Origin: a virus
Strand: one strand, 5' to 3'
DNA length: 36,835 nucleotides
Virus record (IMG/VR): IMGVR_UViG_3300009968_000004
In this document: one piece after another, positions 7,396-15,450 of the stretch
How positions within the stretch are numbered: the first letter of the stretch is position 1
How the letters are laid out: every line of letters starts with the position of its first letter
Made by a program: the position numbers and the translations under genes
Notes under the pieces: generated by a model
The model's database searches: none
What the model was told of the DNA's origin: nothing
What the model saw: only the letters and a program-made list of their open reading frames with translations

Positions 7396-7827
7396 ATGGC
7401 TAAGAAACTAACCTCAAAAGAAGAGTCTTTTGCACAGGCGTATGTATTTCATAAGAATGACTCTATTGAGGGTTATAGAAACTCTGAATACTCCCAAAGC
7501 TTAACCTCAGAACAAATGAGCGCACAAGCATACCGTTTACTTCATAAACCACATATAAACCATAGAATCAAAGAGCTTCAATTGAAAGCCTCTGTAATAG
7601 CTGAAAAAAAGTTCACAATAACCGTTGAGCAGCGCTTAACATGGTTGAAACAAATAACTGAAGCTGGTATGGCTGTTTACAATGATTCGACAGGTGCAGC
7701 TCGTAGAGAGTCTCTAACTGCTGCGCGTGGGGCAATAGAAACTATGAATACTATGCTAGGTGTTGATGAAGGTGCCGATAAAGTTAAGCCGGTTAAAATA
7801 TTCGTAGGTGTTAAAGATGCCTCTTGA
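7396..7827 (+). CDS. terS: Terminase small subunit (Terminase_2-like)
   Basis: LTSKEESFAQAYVFHKNDSIEGYRNSEYS matches the LTxKQxxF..Y....N...A...AGYS signature. It lies directly upstream of TerL. Confidence 0.75.
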   Translation: MAKKLTSKEESFAQAYVFHKNDSIEGYRNSEYSQSLTSEQMSAQAYRLLHKPHINHRIKELQLKASVIAEKKFTITVEQRLTWLKQITEAGMAVYNDSTGAARRESLTAARGAIETMNTMLGVDEGADKVKPVKIFVGVKDAS

Positions 7828-9163
7828 TTCTGAAGTTGGTGTAAGCCTCAATGTGCCTCAGTTTGAATTCTACTCAATGGATAAACAGTTTCGCGCATTC
7901 GTTGGAGGGTATCGCTCCGGTAAAACATACCTTGGTTGTGTTCGCCTTTGTATACTGGCATTAAGTTACCCGGGTATTAAATTAGGTTACTTTGCTCCTA
8001 CCTACCCGCAAATATCAGATATATTTTATGCAACAATAGAGGATGTAGCTGGTATGTTCGGCATGACTGCTGATGTAAAAGTGTCAATCAAGGAGGTAAC
8101 GCTTAGTTATTATGGTGATGTTCATGCTGTTGTTAAATGTAGATCAATGGAGCATCCGTCAAGAATAGTCGGCTTTGATATTAATCACGCTTTAATTGAT
8201 GAGATTGACACGCTTAAAAAAGAAAAGGCTGATGCAGCATGGAAAAAGATTATCGCCCGTTTATCATCGTCTGGCTTTGATGAGCAAAGATTATATGATG
8301 AAGAGGTTAATGCTGACTTAGTTATCGAGGCACTAGAGGAAAACACTGTAGACTTCACAACTACACCAGAGGGTTTTGGGTGGGTATATGATTTATTTGT
8401 CAAGCAGCTAAAAGGTGATGAAGATTTACAGCGTTATTACGGAATTGTTCACGCATCCACTAAACAGAATGCCAAGAACCTAGCAAAAGGTTATATTGAA
8501 TCACTTTACGCTACATACCCACCTAATTTAGTTGATGCTTACATTAACGGTAAGTTTACCAACCTTGTAAGTGGCACTATTTACACTTGCTATGATAGAA
8601 AGCTAAATAATACCAATCGAACTATAAAGAAAGACGACCATCTGCATATAGGTATGGATTTCAACGTTGGCAAAATGTCAGCTATCGTTCATGTTAAAGA
8701 TGAAGGCACTACCAGCGCAGTAGGTGAGCTAATGGGCTTACTCGATACTCCTGCTATGATTGATGCCATACAAGAAAGGTATCCTGACCATCGTGTTACA
8801 ATATACCCTGATGCAAGTGGGCAAAATAGAAAGTCAGCTAATGCCAGTGAAACAGATATCAGCCAATTAAAGGCCGCATTCAAGGTTAAGAATAAAAGCA
8901 AGAATCCATTTGTTAAAGATAGAATAGCAAGTGTTCAAGCTATGTTATGCAATGCGAATGGTGATAGGCGATACTTTATTAATGAAAATGAATGCCCTGA
9001 AACGTGCGATTCATTAGAGCAGCAGGTTTATAACAAAGCTGGCGAGCCTGACAAGTCACATGACAACGATCACCCTAACGATGCGTTAGGCTACTATATA
9101 CACAACAATTACCCTATAATACGTAAAGGGTTAACATCAAGCTTAGAAGTTACAGGATTTTAA
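7817..9163 (+). CDS. terL: Terminase large subunit
   Basis: Walker A VGGYRSGKTY, Walker B-like HALIDEID, C-terminal nuclease-sized domain. Open from GTG 7808; the ATG at 7817 has AGGTG 6 nt upstream. Confidence 0.88.
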   Translation: MPLDSEVGVSLNVPQFEFYSMDKQFRAFVGGYRSGKTYLGCVRLCILALSYPGIKLGYFAPTYPQISDIFYATIEDVAGMFGMTADVKVSIKEVTLSYYGDVHAVVKCRSMEHPSRIVGFDINHALIDEIDTLKKEKADAAWKKIIARLSSSGFDEQRLYDEEVNADLVIEALEENTVDFTTTPEGFGWVYDLFVKQLKGDEDLQRYYGIVHASTKQNAKNLAKGYIESLYATYPPNLVDAYINGKFTNLVSGTIYTCYDRKLNNTNRTIKKDDHLHIGMDFNVGKMSAIVHVKDEGTTSAVGELMGLLDTPAMIDAIQERYPDHRVTIYPDASGQNRKSANASETDISQLKAAFKVKNKSKNPFVKDRIASVQAMLCNANGDRRYFINENECPETCDSLEQQVYNKAGEPDKSHDNDHPNDALGYYIHNNYPIIRKGLTSSLEVTGF

Positions 9164-9164
9164 A

Positions 9165-10499
9165 ATGCCAATTAATACGAAATACAACGGATATGATGAG
9201 GCAATGAAAAAGGTTGCCAGAGTGCGCGACTTTGCCGAAGGCTCTGATGCTGTAAAGGGTGCTGGTGAAAAGTACTTACCTAAGCTTGGTGGTCAATCTA
9301 AGGATGATTACGATAGCTATAAAACTCGCGGCTATTTAATCCCTGCTGTGTCACCAACCGCTAAAGCGGTCAAAGGCTCAATTATGCGCCGACCTCCTGT
9401 ATTTAACCCTACTGGTGCAGAGTACTTGCTTGATAACTTCACCGGCACAGGTGTAAGTGTTAATGAGTTCGTTGGAGATATGATTACCGAGTTACTATAT
9501 GCCGGCGGTATTGGTTACTTAGTTGAATTCGATGAAATGCCATTTGCTAAACCATATACCCGCGAAAACATTATTAACTTCAGTAAAGATTATATTGTCC
9601 TATCGCAAAGCTATGTCGTGCAGAATGAGCAGGACAGATACGAGCAAGAAACTAAAACCGAATACCTAGAATTAACCTTTGATGAAGAGGGTAATTATAT
9701 ACAGCGTATTTGGCGTGAAACTGTAGGTGGTGGCAAGTTTGAGGTGCAAGGCGAGCCAACCATACCAACAAACCGTGGCGAACCATTAAAAGAGATCCCT
9801 TTTGTTTACTCTAGTGTTGGTAAAGTCGGCATTGTAAACACTGACCCAATTTTATTACACCTTACCAACGTGAATCATGACCAGTATTTATTATCTACTG
9901 ACCATCGACACGGATTGCACTGGACCGCATTGCCTACCATGTTTTTATTTGGTGAGATGGTTGATGATAAAGGCAAGCAAATACAAATTAAAGTTGGTCC
10001 TGGTAGTGCTAATCAAGTCGGTGATACTGATGCTCGAGCTGAATTACTAGAGTTTACCGGGCAAGGCTTAGGCTCAATCAAAACAGCGGTTGATGATGAT
10101 ATAAGCACTATGGCTAGTATTGGTGCTAAGATGATGACCAATGAGTCAGGCGGTGTTAAAGCGGCAGAGACAGCACGTATTGATGCAAGCAGCGAGACAG
10201 CTACATTGACGGTAATTGCTAACAGTGTTGATCAAACGATGCTTCAACTATTAACAATAATGAGTGAATGGGGCGGGTTTACGCAACCTGACTTTAAGAT
10301 CAATCGAGACTTCATTGATATTAAACTTGATCCACAAGCATTACTTGCACTGTTACAGACTTGGCAGTCGGGCGGTATGAGCTTAAACTCTTTCTTATAT
10401 CAATTAGAAAAGGGTGAGTTATTACCTCCTAAAGTAACGGCAGAAGATGAAGAGGACCGTATTGATACTGGTCCTGATTTTGACTTGGGTGGTGAATAA
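9165..10499 (+). CDS. Portal protein
   Basis: 444 aa, immediately after TerL and before the MuF-like head protein. Acidic C-terminus. Confidence 0.75.
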   Translation: MPINTKYNGYDEAMKKVARVRDFAEGSDAVKGAGEKYLPKLGGQSKDDYDSYKTRGYLIPAVSPTAKAVKGSIMRRPPVFNPTGAEYLLDNFTGTGVSVNEFVGDMITELLYAGGIGYLVEFDEMPFAKPYTRENIINFSKDYIVLSQSYVVQNEQDRYEQETKTEYLELTFDEEGNYIQRIWRETVGGGKFEVQGEPTIPTNRGEPLKEIPFVYSSVGKVGIVNTDPILLHLTNVNHDQYLLSTDHRHGLHWTALPTMFLFGEMVDDKGKQIQIKVGPGSANQVGDTDARAELLEFTGQGLGSIKTAVDDDISTMASIGAKMMTNESGGVKAAETARIDASSETATLTVIANSVDQTMLQLLTIMSEWGGFTQPDFKINRDFIDIKLDPQALLALLQTWQSGGMSLNSFLYQLEKGELLPPKVTAEDEEDRIDTGPDFDLGGE

Positions 10500-10666
10500 T
10501 GAAGATTTACCTACACTTTAAATGTGAGACAGGTGCGATTATAGAGCGTTATATTGATAGAGATACTAAGCAGACTAATTGCGAGTGTGGCAAGGTGGCA
10601 AAGAAAACTATCTCTACACCTCGTTATTTATCCAACAGTACCGGCAAGTCACCAGCGAGACATTAA
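10499..10666 (+). CDS. Small degenerate zinc-ribbon-like protein (55 aa, not in track)
   Basis: TAATG coupling at both ends (portal stop / its ATG; its stop / the next ATG). Translation MKIYLHFKCETGAIIERYIDRDTKQTNCECGKVAKKTISTPRYL... Confidence 0.55.
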   Translation: MKIYLHFKCETGAIIERYIDRDTKQTNCECGKVAKKTISTPRYLSNSTGKSPARH

Positions 10667-11721
10667 TGGCAATTAAAGACGATTTCAGCAGACACGCGCA
10701 TTTCATCGAGCAATACAAGAACGGCAACGTCAATAAGTTCGAGGCTTTCTTGCGCCGTGTTGCAAAGGGTTTGCGTGGTGAGCTATTAAAGACTAATACA
10801 GTCACCAGCCAATCACGCATTGAAGCAAAGCTTAAATTCGTTGAGGATTTAATTACAACTGAATTCACAGCTTACACTGATGAGATAGCCGAACAAATAG
10901 AATTGTTCGCAGTTAGCGAAGCTGGTTTTGTTGCTGAAACCGTCAAAAATGCTTCAGGTGTTAGCTTTACACTACCTAGTGACGCGCAATTAATAGCCGC
11001 CGTTAATGCTAGGCCATTTAATACTAAGCTGCTAAAAGATTATCTGAAAGACTTTACTAGCCAACAAGCAAAAGCCGTTAGTAATGCCGTTAGCATGGGT
11101 TTTTATGAAGGTAAAACAACACCTGAGATAGTACGCGATATTATCGGCACTAAAGCGCAGAACTTTAAGAATGGCACGCTGCACACTTCACGCACAAGCG
11201 CTGAAACAATGGTAAGAACTGCATTGAGTCATACCTCTTCAGTAGCACGTAATAAAACCTATGAGGATAATGATGATTTAATACCTTACTATGAGTGGGT
11301 ATCAACCCTAGACGGTCGCACATCACCAATATGCCGTAGTCGTGATGGAATGGTATGGAAGGTTAACAAGGGGCCATTGCCACCTGCACACCCGAATTGC
11401 CGAAGCACTACAGCTCCGTTATTCAAAGAAGATGTAAAAGTAACTAAAGGAAGTACGAAAACGGGTCCAGAAAAGCTAACTAAAATACCAGAGGGCGGCA
11501 CACGCGCAAGTATTGACGGGCAAGTAAGCGCTGATTTGACTTATAACGATTGGCTAAAGCGTCAAACTAAAGCTTTTCAGGTAGATGTATTAGGCAAGCA
11601 GAAAGCCGAGCTATTCCGTAAAGGTGGGTTAACGATGGATCAATTTGTTAATAATAAAGGTCAAGAGCTAACCCTTGACCAGTTACAAGCTAAATACCCT
11701 ACTGCATGGGGTAAGATTTAG
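10666..11721 (+). CDS. Head morphogenesis protein, Mu F / SPP1 gp7 family
   Basis: Signature WVSTLDGRTSPICRSRDGMVW...PPAHPNCRSTT. Preferred start is the ATG at 10666, coupled to the upstream stop; the track start at 10579 overlaps the small ORF. Confidence 0.85.
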   Translation: MAIKDDFSRHAHFIEQYKNGNVNKFEAFLRRVAKGLRGELLKTNTVTSQSRIEAKLKFVEDLITTEFTAYTDEIAEQIELFAVSEAGFVAETVKNASGVSFTLPSDAQLIAAVNARPFNTKLLKDYLKDFTSQQAKAVSNAVSMGFYEGKTTPEIVRDIIGTKAQNFKNGTLHTSRTSAETMVRTALSHTSSVARNKTYEDNDDLIPYYEWVSTLDGRTSPICRSRDGMVWKVNKGPLPPAHPNCRSTTAPLFKEDVKVTKGSTKTGPEKLTKIPEGGTRASIDGQVSADLTYNDWLKRQTKAFQVDVLGKQKAELFRKGGLTMDQFVNNKGQELTLDQLQAKYPTAWGKI

Positions 11722-11890
11722 TTAAACCTAAATACTCAAACTCATCCTTGGTGTTGTAATCGCTAATTACCTTTACGCCATTACATTCGCCATAAATCTC
11801 ATTCTGACCACAGCAGACATAATCAACTAGGAATACCTCGCCTGTAGCGTTATTTCTGTAGTAGCCTAGCTTTGGAATTAATACACTCAT
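11699..11890 (-). CDS. Island gene 6, hypothetical (63 aa)
   Basis: GAGGTGG SD and a TGATGA stop/start overlap with island gene 5. Its 3' end overlaps the MuF gene 3' end convergently by 23 nt. Confidence 0.55.
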   Translation of the reverse strand: MSVLIPKLGYYRNNATGEVFLVDYVCCGQNEIYGECNGVKVISDYNTKDEFEYLGLTKSYPMQ

Positions 11891-12084
11891 CACCCACCTC
11901 CAAATTTCACATAGTAATTAACAATAGCAAGATAGCAATCACCCACCTCGTTACACCTAGGGTATATATCATGCAATTCGACAAAATAACCAGCAACATC
12001 TAACGCTGACTGAATGTTTACTAATAGGTTAGAATCCCATGCTATCGGGACCCTAAAATAAAAATGCTCAGAAGGTAGGCTCAT
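11890..12084 (-). CDS. Island gene 5, hypothetical (64 aa)
   Basis: GGAGGT SD 5 nt upstream of the ATG at 12084 (alternative GTG at 12087). No motif recognised. Confidence 0.55.
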   Translation of the reverse strand: MSLPSEHFYFRVPIAWDSNLLVNIQSALDVAGYFVELHDIYPRCNEVGDCYLAIVNYYVKFGGG

Positions 12085-12143
12085 CACTTACCTCCAAATA
12101 TGCGCTTAAAATCTTCTTCTAACTCTTTTGGTAGTTCAGTCAT
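12084..12143 (-). CDS. Island gene 4, 19-aa mini-ORF (MTELPKELEEDFKRIFGGK)
   Basis: GAGGAG SD 7 nt upstream. Its stop overlaps the next ATG (TGATGA). The C-terminus and junction DNA mirror those of island gene 5. Confidence 0.35.
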   Translation of the reverse strand: MTELPKELEEDFKRIFGGK

Positions 12144-12145
12144 CT

Positions 12146-12490
12146 TTACTCTCCTCTATCAATGAACCTATTAACACCTAAGTCGATATCATCAACATTG
12201 ATGCCTTCACCGAATGACTTGGTCTTGCCCCCTTCATATTGAACACAGCCAAAATCACTCATGACATACAGTGTTGCTTTGTAATCACTGCCATCTTGAA
12301 CGAATGCTTTATGATCCTTGTACTTATCCATCAACTCTCTATTGCAATAATTTTCAGACTCAACATCATCATTCCAATCAGTACAGTCGTAAAACATACG
12401 GACCTTTGTGCAAGGCTTTAAACTCCCGTTAAGCTTGTTGTCATCATCATCACCAGTACCCCAGTATTTACATGATTCACAGCTATCCAT
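12146..12490 (-). CDS. Island gene 3, Cys-rich hypothetical protein (114 aa)
   Basis: N-terminus CESCKYWG...C...C...C. The start overlaps the stop of island gene 2 by 8 nt. Confidence 0.6.
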   Translation of the reverse strand: MDSCESCKYWGTGDDDDNKLNGSLKPCTKVRMFYDCTDWNDDVESENYCNRELMDKYKDHKAFVQDGSDYKATLYVMSDFGCVQYEGGKTKSFGEGINVDDIDLGVNRFIDRGE

Positions 12491-12653
12491 CGTGCTTACC
12501 CCTTAAATTATCAACCTCGTTTTTAATTAATTCATTCTGTTTATTATCTTTATTAGCGTGCTCACGATACCACCGCAACGAATAACCTATATGCTCGCAG
12601 AACTCTAAAAGCGTATAGCCTTTATTTCTAATCTTTCTTGTTAGCTTGTTCAT
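12483..12653 (-). CDS. Island gene 2, small HTH-like DNA-binding protein (56 aa)
   Basis: MNKLTRKIRNKGYTLLEFCEHIGYSLRWYREH reads as helix-turn-helix. The ATG at 12653 is coupled (TAATG) to the stop of gene 1; the track start at 12689 is less likely. Confidence 0.55.
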   Translation of the reverse strand: MNKLTRKIRNKGYTLLEFCEHIGYSLRWYREHANKDNKQNELIKNEVDNLRGKHDG

Positions 12654-12928
12654 TACCACCCCATTTGAATTAATAGGCTCAAGTCGCAACCAACAGACTC
12701 AAGCGTGAATGTTCGTACAGTTAAACTCATGTCCTTTGTCTTATATAAGATGTCGATAATAGACAAGAACTTACCATCAACTAAAAAACCCTCTTCTTCC
12801 ATTAATACAAACCAACCTTCATCCCTACACACTGACATGTTTCTAGGCAGACCTAAAGGCGAGCATGTTGCATGGCAAGCCTCGCTTAAACGTAAATCCT
12901 TTTCTAAATCTAAAATCTTATCAATCAT
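12653..12928 (-). CDS. Island gene 1, hypothetical (91 aa)
   Basis: AAGGGG SD about 7 nt upstream. First gene behind the leftward promoters. Confidence 0.6.
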   Translation of the reverse strand: MIDKILDLEKDLRLSEACHATCSPLGLPRNMSVCRDEGWFVLMEEEGFLVDGKFLSIIDILYKTKDMSLTVRTFTLESVGCDLSLLIQMGW

Positions 12929-12952
12929 TATAAACCCCTTTAATTATCATCT

Positions 12953-12988
12953 TTTGCATTATACTAGTTCACTATTTGCATTATATCA
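12953..12988 (-). promoter_or_regulatory. Tandem leftward promoters within an 11-bp perfect direct repeat
   Basis: TTTGCATTATA at 12953..12963 and 12975..12985. Each reads TATAAT on the minus strand, and the second is TGaTATAAT (extended -10). A third partial copy, GCATTAT, is at 12993..12999. Confidence 0.5.
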
Positions 12989-13016
12989 AGTGGCATTATT
13001 AAATTAATTATCACCA

Positions 13017-13025
13017 TGCTATAAT
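13017..13025 (+). promoter_or_regulatory. Candidate rightward late promoter (extended -10 TGcTATAAT)
   Basis: Perfect TGnTATAAT about 55 nt upstream of the scaffold gene. No good -35 element. Confidence 0.45.
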
Positions 13026-13078
13026 CTATTTGACAATAACGGTTACAGCGTAGCCACCAATAATCCAGAGGATTAACA

Positions 13079-13777
13079 ATGTTACATTTCAAATTAAGCT
13101 CAGAAGACTTCGATAAACTAAACGATGTAGAAAAAACTTTATACGCTCAAGCTGGTGATGGCTATCAGTTACAGGTAGATGGAGCTGTAGATAAAGCCAA
13201 GCTAAACGAATTCAGAGCCACTAACACTGACTTGATGAAACAACAAGAGCAGTTTAAGGGTGTTAATTTAGAAAAGTATCGTGAGCTTGAAGCGCAAGAA
13301 CTTAAATTGCGCAACAAAGAATTAATTGACAAAGGTGAGTTTGATACATTACTTGCAGAAAATACAGCCAGCTTACATGCTGACTATAAAGGTCAAATTT
13401 CTAATCTAAACGATCAACTCAATAGTAATACAGGCCAATATAATAACCTTGTATCGAAGTATGAAATCGAAGGCGCAGCAACTAAAGCTTTTGCCACTCA
13501 TAAAATCAACCCTGATGCTTATGACGGTGTAATGGCTCAAATCAAATCTAAGTTTAGTATTGATAACGGCTTAGTGGTCGCTAAAGATGGTGATAGTATT
13601 CTTGCTGGTGCTGATGGTAACTTAACTGTTAGCGAGTTCGTAGCAAGTCAACCTGAAATATTTAAGATTCAAAGTAACGGCGGCAAAGCTACCGGCAGTG
13701 AAAGTAAAGGTGGTATGCAACAAGGTACGTCTAGCCAAGATAAAATCAAGTCTGGTTTAGCGGCTAGAATGGCTTAG
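13079..13777 (+). CDS. Scaffolding protein
   Basis: Charged, helical, coiled-coil-like sequence of 232 aa, directly upstream of the major capsid gene. GAGG SD. Confidence 0.65.
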   Translation: MLHFKLSSEDFDKLNDVEKTLYAQAGDGYQLQVDGAVDKAKLNEFRATNTDLMKQQEQFKGVNLEKYRELEAQELKLRNKELIDKGEFDTLLAENTASLHADYKGQISNLNDQLNSNTGQYNNLVSKYEIEGAATKAFATHKINPDAYDGVMAQIKSKFSIDNGLVVAKDGDSILAGADGNLTVSEFVASQPEIFKIQSNGGKATGSESKGGMQQGTSSQDKIKSGLAARMA

Positions 13778-13806
13778 TTGTAATAAAATAGTTACAGGAG
13801 TATAAT
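13778..13806 (+). promoter_or_regulatory. Candidate promoter in front of the capsid gene (TTGTAA-17-TATAAT)
   Basis: TTGTAA at 13778..13783, a 17-nt spacer, TATAAT at 13801..13806. Small hairpins follow (GACTCggtGAGTC at 13816..13828). Confidence 0.4.
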
Positions 13807-13918
13807 TAATGTATTGACTCGGTGAGTCTTTAACAACTTATTCCATACAGCAGTGCTGTGATATAAAAATATCATGGCATTTTTTATGCCTTGAACTTAA
13901 CAATTAAAGGTACAAATC

Positions 13919-14857
13919 ATGACTACTCAAACTTTAGCAGAAGCTAAAAAATTAATCCAAGACGATCTTGTTGCAGGTGTTGCAGAAGATATCTTTACAA
14001 CCTCACCTATCTGGAATGTAATGCCGTGGACTTCTACAGCAGGTCAAGCAATTCTAGTTAACCGTGAAGGCATCTTAGGTACGGCACAACATTTAGCTGT
14101 TGGCTCAACTATCACAGCGAAAGCGGCAGCAACATTCGTGCAAGATAGCTATTCACATACAACCACAATCGGTGATGCTGAATTAAACGGCTTGGTTAAA
14201 GCTACCTCTGCATCTGGTGGTGTTGACCAAATGGCTGTTGAGATTAGCTCTAAAGCTAAATCAGTAGGTCGCTTACTGCAAACAGGTCGTGCAACTGGTG
14301 ACGGTACAGGCGCTAATATGAATTCGCTTCATACTTTGGTTGATGCAACTCAATATACCAGCGCTTCAGCAGGTCAGGCATTAAGCTTTGAATTGCTAGA
14401 TGAATTACTAGATTTGGTTAAGGCTAAAGATGGCGAAGTTGATTACATCGAATTACCTAGCCGTACGTTACGTTCATATCGCACACTTGTTCGTGCTTTA
14501 GGTGGCGTTAATGAAACGATGGCATTCGATATGGGTAATGGTCGTACACGTAATATTGATGTTTATAACGGCATTCCAATGTTCCAAAACGATTACTTGT
14601 CAATTGCTGAAACTGCCAACGGTGCAGCCTTAACAGGTGGCGCGTTAACATCTATCTACGCTGGTTGTTTTGATGATGGCTCAAGCAAAATTGGTCAAGC
14701 GATGATTTACCCTGACGGTACTCCGATTGGTATTGACGTTTCTATGGTTGGTCTTGCTGAAGCGAAAGACGAAGAGATTGCACGTGTTAAGTCTTACAGT
14801 AACTTTGTAAACTTTAACCGCCGTGGCCTTGCTCGTTTACCTTCAATCAACAACTAG
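13919..14857 (+). CDS. Major capsid protein (HK97 fold)
   Basis: 312 aa after the scaffold gene. The segment LSFELLDELLDLVKAKDGEVDYIELPSRTLRSYRTL is typical of HK97-family capsid proteins. Strong SD and a terminator follow. Confidence 0.85.
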   Translation: MTTQTLAEAKKLIQDDLVAGVAEDIFTTSPIWNVMPWTSTAGQAILVNREGILGTAQHLAVGSTITAKAAATFVQDSYSHTTTIGDAELNGLVKATSASGGVDQMAVEISSKAKSVGRLLQTGRATGDGTGANMNSLHTLVDATQYTSASAGQALSFELLDELLDLVKAKDGEVDYIELPSRTLRSYRTLVRALGGVNETMAFDMGNGRTRNIDVYNGIPMFQNDYLSIAETANGAALTGGALTSIYAGCFDDGSSKIGQAMIYPDGTPIGIDVSMVGLAEAKDEEIARVKSYSNFVNFNRRGLARLPSINN

Positions 14858-14875
14858 AAATTAGTTGGTATTTAG

Positions 14876-14899
14876 AAGCGATTCATTGAGTCGCTTTTA
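14876..14899 (+). terminator. Rho-independent terminator after the capsid gene
   Basis: AAGCGA (14876..14881) pairs with TCGCTT (14891..14896), followed by a T-run. Confidence 0.45.
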
Positions 14900-14925
14900 T
14901 AATATTAATCAATGGATAAAGCAGA

Positions 14926-15165
14926 ATGACTGAATCAAAAGTAGCACACTTCAAACTTAAACAAAAAAACCATGCTGGCGATGATCCATATTACGCTGGT
15001 ACAGGTTCATACTTCGGGCTTCACTTTGAACAAACTGGCGAAGAGTTAGTTGCTAGTGGTGACGAGAAAGATTTTGAATCATTAGTGAAAGCCAAGAAGA
15101 TTACCAAACTTAGTGCTAACGCTTTGAAAGAATTAAAAGCAGAAGCCAAAGAAGCGGAAGAATAA
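14926..15165 (+). CDS. Hypothetical head-associated protein (79 aa)
   Basis: Position after the capsid gene. Lys/Glu-rich C-terminus. Confidence 0.6.
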   Translation: MTESKVAHFKLKQKNHAGDDPYYAGTGSYFGLHFEQTGEELVASGDEKDFESLVKAKKITKLSANALKELKAEAKEAEE

Positions 15166-15168
15166 TAT

Positions 15169-15450
15169 ATGGGCGTTCTAAGCATTGATCATAACTTTGC
15201 CGTTGATGGTAGTAGTGAGTCTTGGAACGTTCCCGTTTCTAATCAGTACATGTTTTATGCCGTAGGTGATTTTGGAAATGGCTGTTTATCGCTGGAGTCA
15301 TTGCCTAACGGTTTGGGTGATGATTGGTTTACTGTTGATCAACTAACTAAGCCTGGTAGATTAATTCGATACTTAGTAAGCGGCGAAAAAGTTAGATTAA
15401 GACTAATCAATGCCACTAATCCAGATGTTAACGCAGGTATTAGACAATGA
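15169..15450 (+). CDS. Hypothetical protein (93 aa)
   Basis: Tightly packed; ATGA overlap with the next gene. Confidence 0.6.
   Translation: MGVLSIDHNFAVDGSSESWNVPVSNQYMFYAVGDFGNGCLSLESLPNGLGDDWFTVDQLTKPGRLIRYLVSGEKVRLRLINATNPDVNAGIRQ

Noticed and set aside
10579-10665. Upstream extension of the MuF-like gene (track start 10579)
   Set aside because: It overlaps a 55-aa ORF that is TAATG-coupled at both ends. The ATG at 10666 is coupled to that ORF's stop, and the recognisable MuF homology starts well downstream.
12239-12421. 60-aa + strand ORF inside the island
   Set aside because: It is antisense to the 114-aa island gene, with no SD and a low-complexity Ile-rich translation.
12705-13007. 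100-aa + strand ORF across island gene 1 and the promoter region
   Set aside because: It is antisense to a coupled, SD-bearing gene and runs through the promoter and repeat region. The translation is low-complexity.
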